From NCBI RefSeq assembly GCF_000143415.4, contig NW_003314268.1, positions 1,131,247 through 1,195,246 of the forward strand: DNA of 64,000 bases. The letters run 5' to 3'. Source of the DNA: Selaginella moellendorffii. Lineage: Eukaryota > Plantae > Lycopodiophyta. The notes beneath the pieces are model-generated. The model saw only the letters and a program-made list of their open reading frames with translations. It was not told the DNA's origin and did no database searches. Shown in pieces: positions 1-13,066 of the stretch (position 1 is its first letter; every line of letters starts with the position of its first letter). Made by a program: the position numbers and the translations under genes.

Positions 1-34
1 TAAATGTAAGATAGCGTAACCAAAGTTGACTTAC

Positions 35-82
35 CTGGATATCAGCAATAGTTTTGTCTCGAGACACCAGACTGCGCGCCAT
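35..82 (-). CDS. Possible first coding exon (MARSLVSRDKTIADIQ) of a gene running off the left edge
   Basis: ATG at 82-80, 16 codons, then a canonical CAG|GTAAG donor; product not recognised. Confidence 0.3.
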
Positions 83-217
83 TGCCGAAGCTACAGCAAG
101 AAAGTAAACAAACACGGAATTCGTCGCCCTAAGACTCGAAACTAAAGTATATTCATTTGCCGGTCCAGAATATGCTCCCAGCAAGAGAAAAACGTACCAC
201 TTGCTATAGAGGAACTT

Positions 218-1704
218 TCAGTGTGGCAGAGCCATTTCGAGGATCTGCAAGCTGCAAAACAAAATCTTGAGATGAGTTTTGGAGACTTTTCGAGTAAAAA
301 CACTTCATTCTTACCTTACGGACATGAGAGCCATGCCAATGAAGACGGCAGTGACTGCTCGTCGATGACCAGCGTACTCGAAGGCTAGAGGAAGCATTTC
401 GTGAAGCGTAAGAAAAGCCATGACACCGCCGACTGTAAGATTAAAGGACGAAGAGTAAAGTCCACTACGTTTCTGCATTGCAAAAACAAAACGACACAAA
501 TCTTACCACCTCCCAATAATCCTTCTAAAACGTCCGTAGAGAGACCGGAAGGAAAGAGTGCCGCTGTAAGCAAACACAAAAAGAGTAAGCACGTTTTGCT
601 GTTCTTCCTTTCAAGCAGTGAAAAAAGAATAAAAATTTTCTTACCAACAATTATCACTCCGAGCGGCTCCGCGAAGCCAGACAATGCTGCAAGTTTGAAG
701 CTCTGCCACTTGCTAGGAGCAAAAATCAAAGAGACAATGAGAAATCCTTGTTCTTTCCAGCACTAATGAATACCTGTTGGTTGCAAAATAAATCGGCAAA
801 GCGACGGCAATTCCCTGTTAAACAAACTGTTGAGCAAAAGAAAGAACCATAACTTAAATTACCTCTGGGATGTTGTGCAAAGCAATGGCCAGGGCTAAGC
901 TTATGCCAACTCGAATGCCCTGAAATGTAGCAACGCGTAAGGTTGGAAGTTTTTTCAATAAGCGGTAGTGTTTCATACCTTCATGGACCCAAGGAACACA
1001 GCCATTCCCTCAGGAAAATTGTGCAAGCTTATTCCTGCCCAAAACTTAAGACGAATGTAAACTTCTCTTGTGAGCGCGAGAGAACAGGGAGTACCTATAG
1101 CCGTGATTATGCCACTGAAGAGAACCTGCTTGCGGTGCTTTTTCATCACATCCTTGTCACTGCCATTTCTATCCTACAAATGCCACACAAAGTTTGAAGA
1201 TGAAAAACATAAGAAAAAATAGAACCTCAGAGCTGGAAGTTTTTGTGATGGAAGCCATTGAAGGCTCAGGAACAAACGTAACTATACCAGCAAAGAGCAC
1301 AACCCCTCCAAAGAACTGACCAGGGAGCAAACCAGAGAGAAGATTAGAAAACGAAGAAAGAAAAGAACGACTTACCCAAAGATTTGCTCTAGCAAAGCCA
1401 AGGTTGTTTATAGCGTTATACATGAGGTCTAGAAATGACAATGTGAGCATCAAGCCTGCTGCAAGCCCCTACATTTGAAGGAACAATGGCTCTTCAAGTC
1501 CACAAGGAAAGAATTTAAGGATCTTACTTGCAAGAGGCCGAGGCGATTGAGATTGGGAGCCGGATACAGGATCACGAGCAACGCACCTATCAAAAGGGAG
1601 GAGAGAATGGTAGCTAATCCAGAAGAATGTTACAAACCTAGGGCAGTGCTTGCTCCTCCAACCATGGACAGCGCCAGGGCGACTGGAACCGATCCAGTAG
1701 CCAT
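218..1704 (-). CDS. ZTP29: ZIP/ZupT-family zinc transporter, ZTP29-like (multi-exon)
   Basis: Spliced peptides MATGSVPVALALSMVGGASTALG, GISLHNFPEGMAVFLGS, IALHNIPE, SGFAEPLGV, GVMAFLTLHEMLPLAFEYAG; last exon LQILEMALPH*. Confidence 0.88.
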
Positions 1705-3130
1705 TTTTCTCATAAACCCTAATGTGCCATAAGTTTTAAAATGAAATTAAGGGGCATCAAATCAGAAACATTAAGTTAAAGGTTATTAACCATATCTTGC
1801 TTCAAACTCATTGGCTTTATTACTATTAAATACTATAGAGGCATTAGAAATACTTCCATATATAACTTTTTGGTCAGAATACTTTTATATAAAATGTTAT
1901 ATGATTTTTATATTAAAATTTTAAATATATGACTTTACTATAAAAAATTCTGGAAGATTGGAGCCACTTTCGCAACTAATCCATAGTTTTATTTTATAGA
2001 ACTATTTTGTGTTTTTAATACTATAGTGAACTTGCTAATAATTGCAAAATATTTAAAACTTTAAAGTATATATATTTAATAAATATTTAGTTGTGTGATA
2101 ATAGATAATGCGAAGTGGTAGAAGACTAGACAAGTTGTTTGCACTTTGGGACCAAATACAACTCGAAAAGCAAGAAAAAAAAATTAATTAAAGAAGAATT
2201 AACAAGGAAAACATACATTGCCAACGTTGCCTCGAGTGTGTCTGCCTTCTTTTACCATCCGAAATTCTTCATCTCACACAGCCCAAATGCCTTAAAGTAG
2301 TATTTCAATGGCTACAGTTGCAAAAAAAAAAAAAAAAAGGAAAAAATAAGAAAGTAGTAAAAACACTAACCATATTACAAAGTCATGATAAGTTGAGGTT
2401 TCAAACTTTGACTGACTTGAGATAGCGTCGATAATAGTTGTCTTGGAGTAACTGCTTTTGAATCTTTTTTTAATTAACGCAAGATCAAAAAATAAATCAA
2501 CTAACAAAAAACAAATTTACATAAATTTTTTTTAATGCTTATACATATATAATCCTTAAACATTAAGAAATTAATTTGTATTTAAAAATGTTTAGATAGA
2601 ATTATAAAGATAAATATCTTTTTAATTTTCTCTTATATACAAAATTATTTATATAGTTATATTATTCAATAAAACTTCAAGAATATGGAAATAATAAATT
2701 AAATATATAAATCTTGAAAAGCTTGGTTACCTATTTTCATGCATTGCTTTACCATTTCCATAATACAAACTCAATATGGTATTCTGATATATATAAATAA
2801 TTATCCAACCCAATAATCACTAGTACAATATAAAAGATATGGACCAAAATGCCAGCAATTTAATGGAAATTAAACAGATTTGAATGAAAAAACGCAATGT
2901 GATTTATGAAAAAAAATCCTAGAGATGTGAAGTAATATAAAATTTTAATAACCAACAATAATTCTAGTATGAGATGATGTATTATTGTATACTCATATAT
3001 TTTTTATTTATAAATTTTATTAAACTTTAAAGTTTATTTTATAAATTCATCAAATTATTTTTCCGAGACTCATCTACATATATTAGATGTACTAATTATA
3101 TAAAAGCCTATTCTATAATTTCTTTAATTT

Positions 3131-4903
3131 TTATTCCCACTTTAATCTTCTTTTCCTCGATTCCACAAACCCACCAGTATGGAGTCTAATATAATCTGTA
3201 TGTATGTATTTATATGTCAGATATGATGAAAGAAAAACAAAATCAAGACTCGCCTGTGAAAAATGAGCTGCAATGCATGGTAATACAAGCAGCCCACTGC
3301 CTTCTCCAGCCTTCAAAGTTTCCACCACTGCAACGCTAACAGGCAGTGTTTTCTGCGATAAAAAAACTCAACTTCGGAGAAACCCCAATCTCGTGAATAA
3401 CACTACCTGGCTTGCAACAAGTATGACTGCTCGGGAGGATGCTTCGTCATCTTCCTTTGAGCCTGTTTTTATTAGTGATACGAGGAACATGTTTACTGCC
3501 AGGAACATGAAATGCAAAGCACTGCAACGAGGAAAACTATAAGAAATCATGAAACCATCTTAAAGCGAACTTACATTCCCAGAAAGAGTGCCGCAATCAA
3601 GTTTCTAGCATCCAATTGTAAGAGCAAAGACCTCGAAGAACTTATTTGCATCCAAGGTACCTACAAGCAATGGTAACATGAATGCGAAAAAGAAAGACAA
3701 AAACAGAGATCGACTTAAGAGAATCAATACCGAGCTAAGCAAGAGAGCGCTCGCAAACGAGATCTCCTCGCGGTGTCTGTCAATGGACTTGTGTCACGAC
3801 AAGTTAGAAAAAGCAAACGATTGAGGTTTCGACTTTAGTACCTCCGCGGGATGGTAGAAGCAGAAAACTTCTCTTAGCAGCTTTCCAATCGCGAAAGGCA
3901 GCACCAGCGTCTGGACTAAGCTCCGGAAGAGCTTACTGGCAGGGAATTTGATCCCGAGCTTTCCAATCCACAGAGAAACTGATACTGGCATCTGCATCAG
4001 CTTAAGCAATTACTCGATCAAATGGTTAAAGGGAAAAGCTTGATTACCGTGAAGACTGCTAGCAAGTTGGACGATATCGTGAGCGCCAGTGCAAGTGCCT
4101 TGTTTGCTCCAGCAAGCTGGGAGCACATTTCAGACTTTAGTCTAAAGCTAAAGTCCAAAACAGCACAAGACTTTACCTGAGTGAGCGACACGCCAGTCGA
4201 GAGTGTTGTTGGTGCGCAGCAAAAGATTGCAAGGCCTAGCAATCACATTCGATCGATCCATCAAAGCTTTCAAATCAAATCAAAACTCAAAAGTGATAGA
4301 ACTGTCATTACCAGTGACAAGCTCCTTAGGGTTTAGCTTGATTTGCATGACGAGCAAAGCAGCAGCAGGAGTAATAAACAGAATAGAAATCTAGAAAAAA
4401 GAAAGAAAGAAAGAAAGATCATAGAAAGCAGGAACAATGCATAGACTATGCTTTACCAGTCCTTGCAAGGCAAACGGCCATGCCTCAAGCGCTTTGTTGA
4501 TATCCCCGTCCTGCAAAGTAAATCCTGAAAGTCAAAATAAGTCAAGTCAAGAAAAGTCAATATGGTCAAGTCAAAACGTCAATGCTGACCAGACAGGAGG
4601 AATATGCCCGCGGTGGCCCATCTCGAGAGGCCGAGGTGTTGAGCGAACTGTCCGGGCCTGGGCTCGAGCATTCCAATACTCATCCCACCAATGAGAGCTA
4701 GAGAGAACGAAGAAATCAAAGTGGAGATGATAGATCCAATCAAACTTACCCAGTGACACGAAGTTCTTGCTCACGAATCGCTTGATCTCTTGTCGAGACA
4801 TTGATGCCGCGGCAATGACCCTGCGATTGAGCTTGGATTGCCGCTTGGATTGTGTCCATGGCCGCCCAGTGGCACCCACGAGTGAAACGCAGAGATTCTC
4901 CAT
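3131..4903 (-). CDS. BASS4: Bile acid:sodium symporter family protein, BASS4-like, probably plastid (multi-exon)
   Basis: GLAIFCCAPTTLSTGVSLTQ, AGANKALALALTISSNLL, VILVASQKTLPVSVAVV, LLVLPCIAAH; basic Ser-rich N-terminus. Confidence 0.82.
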
Positions 4904-5495
4904 ACCTAAAAGGTTTTAGAAAAATAGGATGTTTGAAGATTCTTCCAAGAAGACAAATTACACTTTACTCTTTTTTATAAAAGTTTATTTTGAATATTTT
5001 GTCTAAATAGCACGAATAAAAACAGCCTTTCATCAGTAATTGGTCCAGTTCTTCGAGGGTTTTGTTCTTGACACTACGTTCTTCGAGGGTGAAGACAATA
5101 CTAGAGCTTTGTTCTTGCCACTACAAGCACCACAAGCTGTTGAAAGAGCATTGGAAGTAAATATCTCTCACAGCTTGCTCGCGAAGAGCTGCTGTGGTGA
5201 TTGATTTATAAAAAAAAACCAGGGCTCGAGCTTGCCACCAACGAGAAGAGGTCAAAGTCGAAAATAGATTCAACCAAACTTACCCAGTGAAACTAAGATA
5301 TTCTCCAGATCTAAGAGATGTTTGAAAATTCTTCCAAGAACAATGAATGGACAAAACTTATTTCCTTTGGTTTATGTACAAGAATCTCTCTCGACCGAGA
5401 ATCGATCTCTCGGTCGCCAACGCCAAGCTTGCTTGCTTCCCAAAGCTCTGGCCAGCAAGAAAGACGAAGAGAGAAAAAAAGAGTTCCAGATCCTC

Positions 5496-5865
5496 TCACA
5501 CTGCCGCTAGATTGGAGGTGAAAGAGACGCCCTTGTAGCCCTTGTAAGCGTAGTAGGCTGTTCTTGACTGATAGATCCCGGGCATGAAAACGAGGCCGCC
5601 AAGCACCATGAACGCAATCCCTGTGATTTTGGTGAGATCTAGCGGATCTGACGCTGCCTGGCTAGGAATTGGCGAGATGCCTACCGTGAGCTTTGTCGCC
5701 CCCGACTCTGTGATACATCATGACTAGCCCCGCGACCATGGACACGCTGCCCAGCCCCAGGCACGCCGCCGCCAGGGCGATCTCCTTGACTGGCGATCGG
5801 CCATCGATGGGCGTGCCCGCCGGCTCGTCGTCGCCGATGGAGAATGTGTGATCGACGTAGGCCAT
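5496..5865 (-). CDS. TMEM230/DUF872-family small membrane protein (2 exons)
   Basis: MAYVDHTFSIGDD...KEIALAAACLGLG...GGDKAHG | IAFMVLGGLVFMPGIYQSRTAYYAYKGYKGVSFTSNLAAV*. Confidence 0.8.
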
Positions 5866-6430
5866 GAGTGATCCCTGCTTCTCTCTCGTTGCCCTAATTC
5901 CAGGTCCTAGAGCATATTCGAAGGATATACTTTTACGGCACACTGCTTTTGACCAGTCAAATAAATAAGGGCAAAAGCATGCCTTAAAACTGATATTCTT
6001 ATGGTAAAAGTGGTGCAAGGATACAATTTCAAATTTAAGGTTAAGAATATGAGCTGGACGAGGAGTTTGCCAAGGCGCTCGAGGTCGTGGATCACCTCAA
6101 GAACAAGGGCGAGAAGCTGCGATCTCCAGTGAGCATTTCGCCACACAGTCAAGGCTCACAGGAATTGGATCGTGTACACCAACACAAGGAGTTGCTGAAG
6201 AACTTTCACTATTCTGGTGATGAATTTGCTTGCGAGAAGGAGGCATACGAGCTCTTTGCGAGCGCGGCGGAGGAGGAGGGGCGGCCCCTTGGCCTGTATG
6301 CGTGGCGATGGCGCGCTCTTCACCGATGTCAACTACTTGGAGCAGCCGGGATGGCGCCACTGGCCTTTCTCGCATTGCTGCGAGGGGTAAAGCGAGTACT
6401 GGCATCGCGGACAAGGAAGCGAATTTACAC

Positions 6431-7625
6431 GGCTTACGGCATAAACTCCTGAAACTCTATCATTTCAGCATTTGCCCAGTTCTGGGAAATACTCCAGGCC
6501 TACGAGTAGATGAAAGGTATACAGACGACAATCGTGGCATCGACTTCTATGATATTTGCGTACGAGACATCTATCCTGGATCAAGAAGCTTAATTTTTGT
6601 TTGATTCCATGCCGCAGAAAGATGTAATCTCATGGACTGCGCTCCTCGCTGCAAATGCCGGAAGACGGGACCTTGTGGAACTTGCAAGAATGATCTTCGC
6701 GGCCATGCCGCAGTGGAACTTGCTCTGCTGCACGACCATGATCCAGATGCTGGCTCAGGACCGAAGCTTGGATCAAGCACGCGATATCTTTGATCGATTG
6801 CCTGAAATGAACATCGTCGCCTGGACTGCAATGATCCAAGCCTACCTTCAAAGCTGCCAGTTCCACCAAGCGAAGCTCCTCTTCGATCAAATCCCATTCC
6901 TTCCCGATTCCACGCTCTCCACCTTGCTGATCTCTTCCCTCCCGCGAGACGCATCCATCGACGACGCCATCGCTATCTTCAACCGCAGCTCCCCGCGCGA
7001 TGCAAGAACCTGGGAAGCGATTCTCTCGGCCTTTTCGCATCTTACTCTCGTCCAGGAAGCTGACAGCGTCTTCTGGATCATGCCACAGCACTCGACGATC
7101 GAGCCATATTGGTATGGAGAACAAATGGTGCCTAGAGGAGGCGGCATGCTCTCAAGGAGTGCGTCTCGGCGCGTTCCAACAGGCAGCGTCCCTCACCGGG
7201 AGAGTATCGAAGAGCGCTCGAGCTTGATCTAGAGTTCCTCGACTCCGACTATACGCCGAGATCATCGTCGTGGAGCTCACAACGTCGAAGGTGTTCTCTC
7301 GAAGGTGTTCTTGGCGGGCTCGACACTGTCACTGGCAACGTATCCTTGCAGAAGTCCGTTGTAGGAGACGACGTTCCTCTTGGCCATGGCATCGAAGACA
7401 CTGCGTGCTTCGGTGTTATGCGTAGCACTGGAGGATGGTGGTTCAAGAGCAGGCTTCCCAGGCGGGCATTGCGTGAAAGATCTCGCGAGCGGCCTCCGGA
7501 TCGTGGTCCTGAGAGAAGCAGTGGATCATCGTGTTGAAAGAGATGGCATCCCGGTGCTCCATTCGATCGAAGATGAGCTTGGAGCTCGCGGTATCGGTTT
7601 GAGCGAGGAGAATGATCGTGCAAGC
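6431..7625. pseudogene. Rearranged PPR pseudogene, copy A: forward 5' fragment, then inverted middle fragment of the 19438-21999 gene
   Basis: 6597-7100 is near-identical to ~20000-20502; 7168-7625 is the reverse complement of ~20503-20975 with deletions and frameshifts. Confidence 0.85.
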
Positions 7626-7953
7626 AGCGATTCCACCACGCGCCCTCTGCTTGATTCCTCGTGCCCGCTGTAAACCTCTTATAAAGATATGCAGAGTTCG
7701 ATGGAACTTTCACACATGACAACGAATACATTCGGCGGACTCGTCTCTCACAAAGTGGTCGCAGCAGTCCAACTGCGCTCCTCTCGGGCTTCCTCCTCAT
7801 CACACAAAATCATGCAACTAGAAAGGAAATGTAGCAGCCAATGGAAAATAAACCTTTCAGACCAAAGATAGGCAAGATATCTTGATGCCTTTTTTATTTC
7901 ACTTTTTACCTGTATAATTCATTTAATTAAGATTCTAATTTCCATATTAAAAT

Positions 7954-8829
7954 TTAAATATGGCATAATATATGGTTATTTGTACCAGACGCCCATAATA
8001 CGTTATTAGGAAACTTTGATTTATAAATAACTAAATTACAATCATTTTGGACTATAAAATATGTTGGCATAAAACATTCAAGTTTAGGGCTGCAATGTTT
8101 ATTTGAAGACCACAATACTTCCTGCATATGTTTAAATACAAGATTCCCATTATTTTGTAATATTAAATTACAACTAAACAAATTTTTAGAAGAATAATTT
8201 TTTTCCCAAATTATTTTTTCCTTTGAATATAAAGTAAGCACACAATCTACTTTTAAAAACAATATATTTTTACCATTAGGAGAAACTAAAAAGCTATCAC
8301 TATAAAGAATTGTATTAGAGTATAACACACTAAATCTTAGTTGGCAATAAATAATATCATCGACTAAACTTTTTCTATTTAAATATGCAGTTATAGAAAT
8401 AGAATCATCTGTTTTGAGATTATATTTTAATATATATTTATACCCTTCCTTTTCAAAAGAATCTGCACATTCTCTGTTTATAATATCTGTACTTAAAGCT
8501 ATTAAACTTTGGAAACCATTCAATATGTTTAAGCCTGAAATTGATGCATCTGTGTTTTCAACAGAACAATGATCTTTGCATTTAATAAATACTGAAACTA
8601 TTCCTCTTGAAGTATCGACTTCAGCATCATCACCATAAGTTGTTGGATAACTTTCATCATATTTAATTTTTTCTAATAATTGATAAAAAGCTGTAATAAT
8701 TTTACCAATATCATAAGGATTTAAATACCCACTCCTTCCAATAATAGGCTTTTTAGCAATAGATTCATTAAAGTGTAAACTTAACATAGTAGATATAACT
8801 AAAATGTATATTAATCTAACTTTATCCAT
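7954..8829 (-). CDS. Secreted protein with unknown N-terminal domain and C-terminal bulb-type (GNA) mannose-binding lectin domain, copy 1
   Basis: Intronless 291-aa ORF; hydrophobic signal peptide; QNDCNLVIY fits the QxDxNxVxY motif; LQNNGNLVF, VLWSS and VLWAS repeats. Confidence 0.8.
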   Translation of the reverse strand: MDKVRLIYILVISTMLSLHFNESIAKKPIIGRSGYLNPYDIGKIITAFYQLLEKIKYDESYPTTYGDDAEVDTSRGIVSVFIKCKDHCSVENTDASISGLNILNGFQSLIALSTDIINRECADSFEKEGYKYILKYNLKTDDSISITAYLNRKSLVDDIIYCQLRFSVLYSNTILYSDSFLVSPNGKNILFLKVDCVLTLYSKEKIIWEKNYSSKNLFSCNLILQNNGNLVFKHMQEVLWSSNKHCSPKLECFMPTYFIVQNDCNLVIYKSKFPNNVLWASGTNNHILCHI

Positions 8830-9494
8830 TTTAAAAAATACTCATGTTTTAATGTTATATATATGTTATATATATATTGGTGGGACACATGAATTTCTCT
8901 CAATGAAGCTATACCAAACGTGCTTCAATAAAGATTCAGATAAACAAAATGATGATATGCCAATTGTGTCTATCTTTTTAGAAATGATTTTATACTTAGA
9001 TAAATATTATTCTATTAAAACAATTTTATATATTATATTTTTCCTAGTGTATTTGATGTTTCAATAACAAATTAAGAACTTAATTTAACCAATAAATTCT
9101 AACTAAATAGCTAAAAATATTCTAAATTAATATATTTCTAATTTCAAATATTAAAATCCACTACTTGTTTTATAATTAATAATAAATATTTTTATAATGA
9201 ATTTTTAATAAAAATTATATTTTAATTATAAAGGTTCTATTTAAAACAAATTATTAAAGCACAATTAAAATAAAACAAAATATATTAAAATGTTTTGCCT
9301 TTATATGGTAGTCATATGTGCCACTAGATATAACATTTTTTTGTTTGCTATAAGTAAATCTGTTATAGGTGGGATATTTGAGAATACTCTCAGTATATTC
9401 ATTTGATACTTTGGATTATATGTATTAATAGAATCAATGGATTATATTAATTTGAAAGTGTTTAAGAAATTTAAATTTTTATAATTATAACTGT

Positions 9495-11241
9495 TGTGAG
9501 TGCATGGAATATGGAAAGGAAATACAAAAAATGTGCATATCAATTAGCCCAAAAACCCCAACTTATATACAAAAGCAACTGATCCAGTGTGAGATACAAA
9601 ATCCCTAGGCCCCAAAGTGGAGCCAGAAGGGTGCCATGTGGTAATGGTAGAAGCGAAAACTAAACGAGCATAACACGTTTGGATTAAAAGCTCTGACTTG
9701 AAAGGTCGAGAGCGGGAGAAGAACTCCTAACGAAGTGCTCAAAGAACAAGCACAAAGCGAGCAATAAGCGAGGCTCCAAAAAAGGACCCAAAAGGACCAA
9801 CACATGACATGTGAAAGTGTCTGAGATGGAGTCTGAGATGGATCCAAGATGGAGTCCGAGATGGAATTCGAGATGGACCTGAGATGGAGTCCGAGATGGA
9901 CCCGAGTTGGAGTCCGAGATGGAGTCCAAGATGGAGTCTGAGATGGAGTTCGAGATGGACCCAAGTTGGAGTCCGAGATGGAGCTTGAGATGGACCGAGA
10001 TGGAGTCCGAGATGGAGTCCGAGATGGACCCGAGATGGAGTCCGAGATGGACCCAAGATGGAGTCCAAGATGGAGTCCAAGATGGACCCGAGATGGAATC
10101 CGAGATGGAGTTCGAGAAGGACCCAAAATGGAGTCTGAGGTCGAGACCGAGACCGGGACCGAGACCGATACCAAGATCGGGACCGAGGCCGAGGCCGAGA
10201 CCGAGCCTGAGTCCGAGTCCGAGTCCGAGTCCGAGTCTGAGTTTGAGAGGGTGAAAGCCCAAAGCGTTCGTCTCCCAGACCTTATGGGGTTTGGTGAGCT
10301 CCAAAAGTATAGTAAGGGGAGGACTATAGTGGAGCCCGTTTGGCCAGGAAAGGCTAGTTTGGCCCAGGAAAGCTGTACCTAGTGTTGGGTGATGAGCTGC
10401 CCACTGGGAAGTCCAAGACTAGAGTGAACACAGACCGACAAGCGGGGTAACTTGGTGAAGTGTTCAAGAGCCAGCTCTAGTTTCCCTGGGAGATCGACTG
10501 GCCGATGCTCCCAGCCCAAGTGTGGGTGGCACTACCTATTTGGATACCAGGCGTGGCTCAACGGAACCTCACTCTAAGCCCATGGCTAGAGCACCCAAAG
10601 GCAGAAGGCGGGGAGAGTACCCACGAGGCTCGTATAAGGCCACGGTGTTCCGAAATGTTGCCCCAAAGTCCCAGACAGTGAAAAGGAAGAGGAGTCATCC
10701 TATAGTGTAGAGACCAAGGATACGGTCATGTGAGGAGCAAGTCCCAGAGGACCGTGGGACTTAATGGTCAGGCTTGTGGGCCTTGATTTAGTGGCAGTGT
10801 TGGCGAACACGGCCATGGGCAGAAAGGGACTTGGTGGGGACCGGAAAGGGGATATTGGGGAAGGCTATTCCCCATGTCTATGGGCATCCTAAAGATGCTA
10901 AGGAGTGGATCTAGGATGATCACTCATGGACGGATGGCCCAGTTTTTGAGAGACAGGACTGTGATGTAGGTGGTGTCAGACCACCGATGTGACCAAGGTG
11001 AATGGGCACGGCCTTAGTGTAACGGGCCGATATGTCGGTGGTACCTTAGGGTGTCGGTCATGGGATCGGACATGTGGAGCACTTGGACCAAGTGCAAAGG
11101 TTGAGTGGCAGGGATGCCATTCTCGGGGCTAGCAAGCCCAAGTCCAAAATAGGACTTATGCAGGTTGTGAGTGAGATTCCTCTAAGTGGTCGGAAGTGTG
11201 GTTAAGTGACTAAAGTAGAATGGAAAAATTAGTCGCTTACA
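9495..11241 (-). mobile_element. Putative ~1.75-kb LTR of an older Ty3/gypsy element
   Basis: Homology with the duplicate block (...ataactgt|aatc at ~17093) breaks exactly at 9495; termini TGTGAGTG / CGCTTACA are imperfect inverted repeats; integrase remnant adjoins. Confidence 0.5.
9823..10245. repeat. Tandem minisatellite of 12-bp GAGATGGAGTCC units grading into 6-bp GAGACC/GAGTCC units
   Basis: Directly visible; produces spurious MESE/HLGL low-complexity ORFs. Confidence 0.95.
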
Positions 11242-11429
11242 TCCGGATTAAAACCAATCTAACGGCTACCAAAATCCCATTATGGTAATATTAGTATATG
11301 GCATCGTAGTCATACACTTGGATCTCACATCATTCCTTTAGACTATTAGAGTTCTTTTGTAGGTAGGCTGGGATCTGGAGGAACTTTAGGAGGAAGCATT
11401 GGCGAATCTATAGTAGTATCAATTGTTCC

Positions 11430-11876
11430 TAATCCCTTTATGAACCGTTTCAATTGATGCACATGCATAATTTCTGGAGGATTGGCATACTGGATGTCAT
11501 GCCGAACCTCATAAACTTCTGGTCAAACTTGCCGCAACACTTAATACAGTCCTTTCCATTGAGCAAGGAGCCCCTTAGATAAACCACATACTATAAGATG
11601 GGGAAAACAGACTAACACCAAGTCATCCACTTTATACTCCGCGGGTGGACAATGATGAGAATTGTAGCATTGTTATTGTCCTAGTTATACACGGCCTAAT
11701 TGTTTGGTAGACTTTGGTCGGATAAGTGGAAGAATGCTTATCAAATACTGATCCTACGTCTTAGCATCAATAGTTCGTGGCAATCACGAAAGTAAACCCA
11801 GTTCCGTTAGTAATATTGGATCATGACCATATAGGAATTTTTATGGTGAAGCACCAACAGAACTCTGCACCCTTAT
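11430..11876 (-). mobile_element. Degenerate Ty3/gypsy integrase C-terminus (GPY/F module) of the older element
   Basis: Minus-strand reading SSVGASP*KFLYGHDP...EYKVDDLVLV...LLAQWKGLY*VLRQ...VYEV...MHVHQLKRF with stops. Confidence 0.6.
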
Positions 11877-13066
11877 TGTTAAGACCCCGAACAAAATAAA
11901 GACTAAAAAATGCAAAAGACAAAGAGAAAAGCTAGTGGAAACAAAGAAAAGGCATTAGATTAACGTTGATTCAGATTGTGGAGAAATGGAACAAGATTAA
12001 CCTATATATACTATAGGTTGATGAAGCTCCACCACTCTTGGATTGAGGACAGCCTAAATATAGCTGAGGTCGAGGAGGCACCACATCATCATCAGGAATG
12101 TGGCTCGAGAATTAGGAATCGTACAGGAAATCAGAGAGTCAGGAATAGGGAAGTGTCTCGAAAGTTAGGAATGTGGTCTGCAAGTTAGGAATCCGGCAAG
12201 AGTCAGGAATGTGGCAAGAATTGGGGGATTCCTGACAGCACCCCCTCCTCAAGAACAAGTGGAACGAGGATGTGAACAAGAACGAAGAGGAGGATGAGAT
12301 GAGCGGCGAGGGATGGGAAATGGAGAAAAAGAATGAGGACTGGGATGAGAAGGATAGCAACAGTGGAAGTACTGAACAAGGTCAGGAGAATGAATCACGT
12401 TGTTCGCAGGTTCCTAAGTGCATTCCTCAGGTCCATAACCCTTCCAGTCGACCAGATAATAGAGTTTAGACTGTGAAATCTTGGAATTAAGGATGTCATG
12501 AACTTCGTACTCAGACCCATCCTCAAGCTGCACTGGTGGAGGTGGAGGAATGACCCGATTTGGAATAGGATTGGGAATATAAGGCTTAAGGAGAGAGGAG
12601 TGAAAAACAGGGTGAATTTGATATGAGGAAGGAAGTGCAAGGTGATAAGTGACAGGATTAATGATGGCAGTGATAAAGAAAGGACCGAGGCGTTTGAAAT
12701 CAAGTTTTGGACAGGGCCTGGTGGTGGAGATATTTTGCCTGAGGAGCTAGACTTTATCCCCGATATTATAAAGGGGACAATCCTAACGATGGACATTGGC
12801 AAATGTTTTGTGAAATTCTTGAGCACGATGGAGGTGGAAGGAGATGGAGTTGTGGATTTCCTAGAGATTGGAGACAAATGCCTCAGAGCGGGGATTTGAA
12901 TGAGAGGATTTAAATGAAGAAGGAAGTGAGAAATTGAATCGGGGATTTCGGGCAAATAAGGGGGGAAATTTGAAGAAAAGAGTGAACAGAGTTATTATAG
13001 GAAAACTCAGCAAAGGGAAAGATATTGAACCAGTTATCCTGATAATAGTTAATAAAGCATCTCAAA
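11877..13066 (-). mobile_element. 5'-truncated chromovirus (Ty3/gypsy): integrase end, chromodomain, PPT and 3' LTR
   Basis: DNWFNIFPFAEFSYNNSVHS, TRPCPKLDFKRLGPF, IHPVFHSSLLKPY, EYEVHDILNS, YYLVDWKGYGPEECT*EPANNV; PPT GAGGAGGGGG before LTR TGTCAGGA(12237)...TCTTAACA(11877). Confidence 0.85.

Noticed and set aside
9823-10245. CRISPR-like array
   Set aside because: Contiguous tandem units without unique spacers, no cas genes, eukaryotic context
9605-10382. Several long ORFs (MESE..., HLGL..., PSRT...)
   Set aside because: Artefacts of a stop-free minisatellite open in most frames
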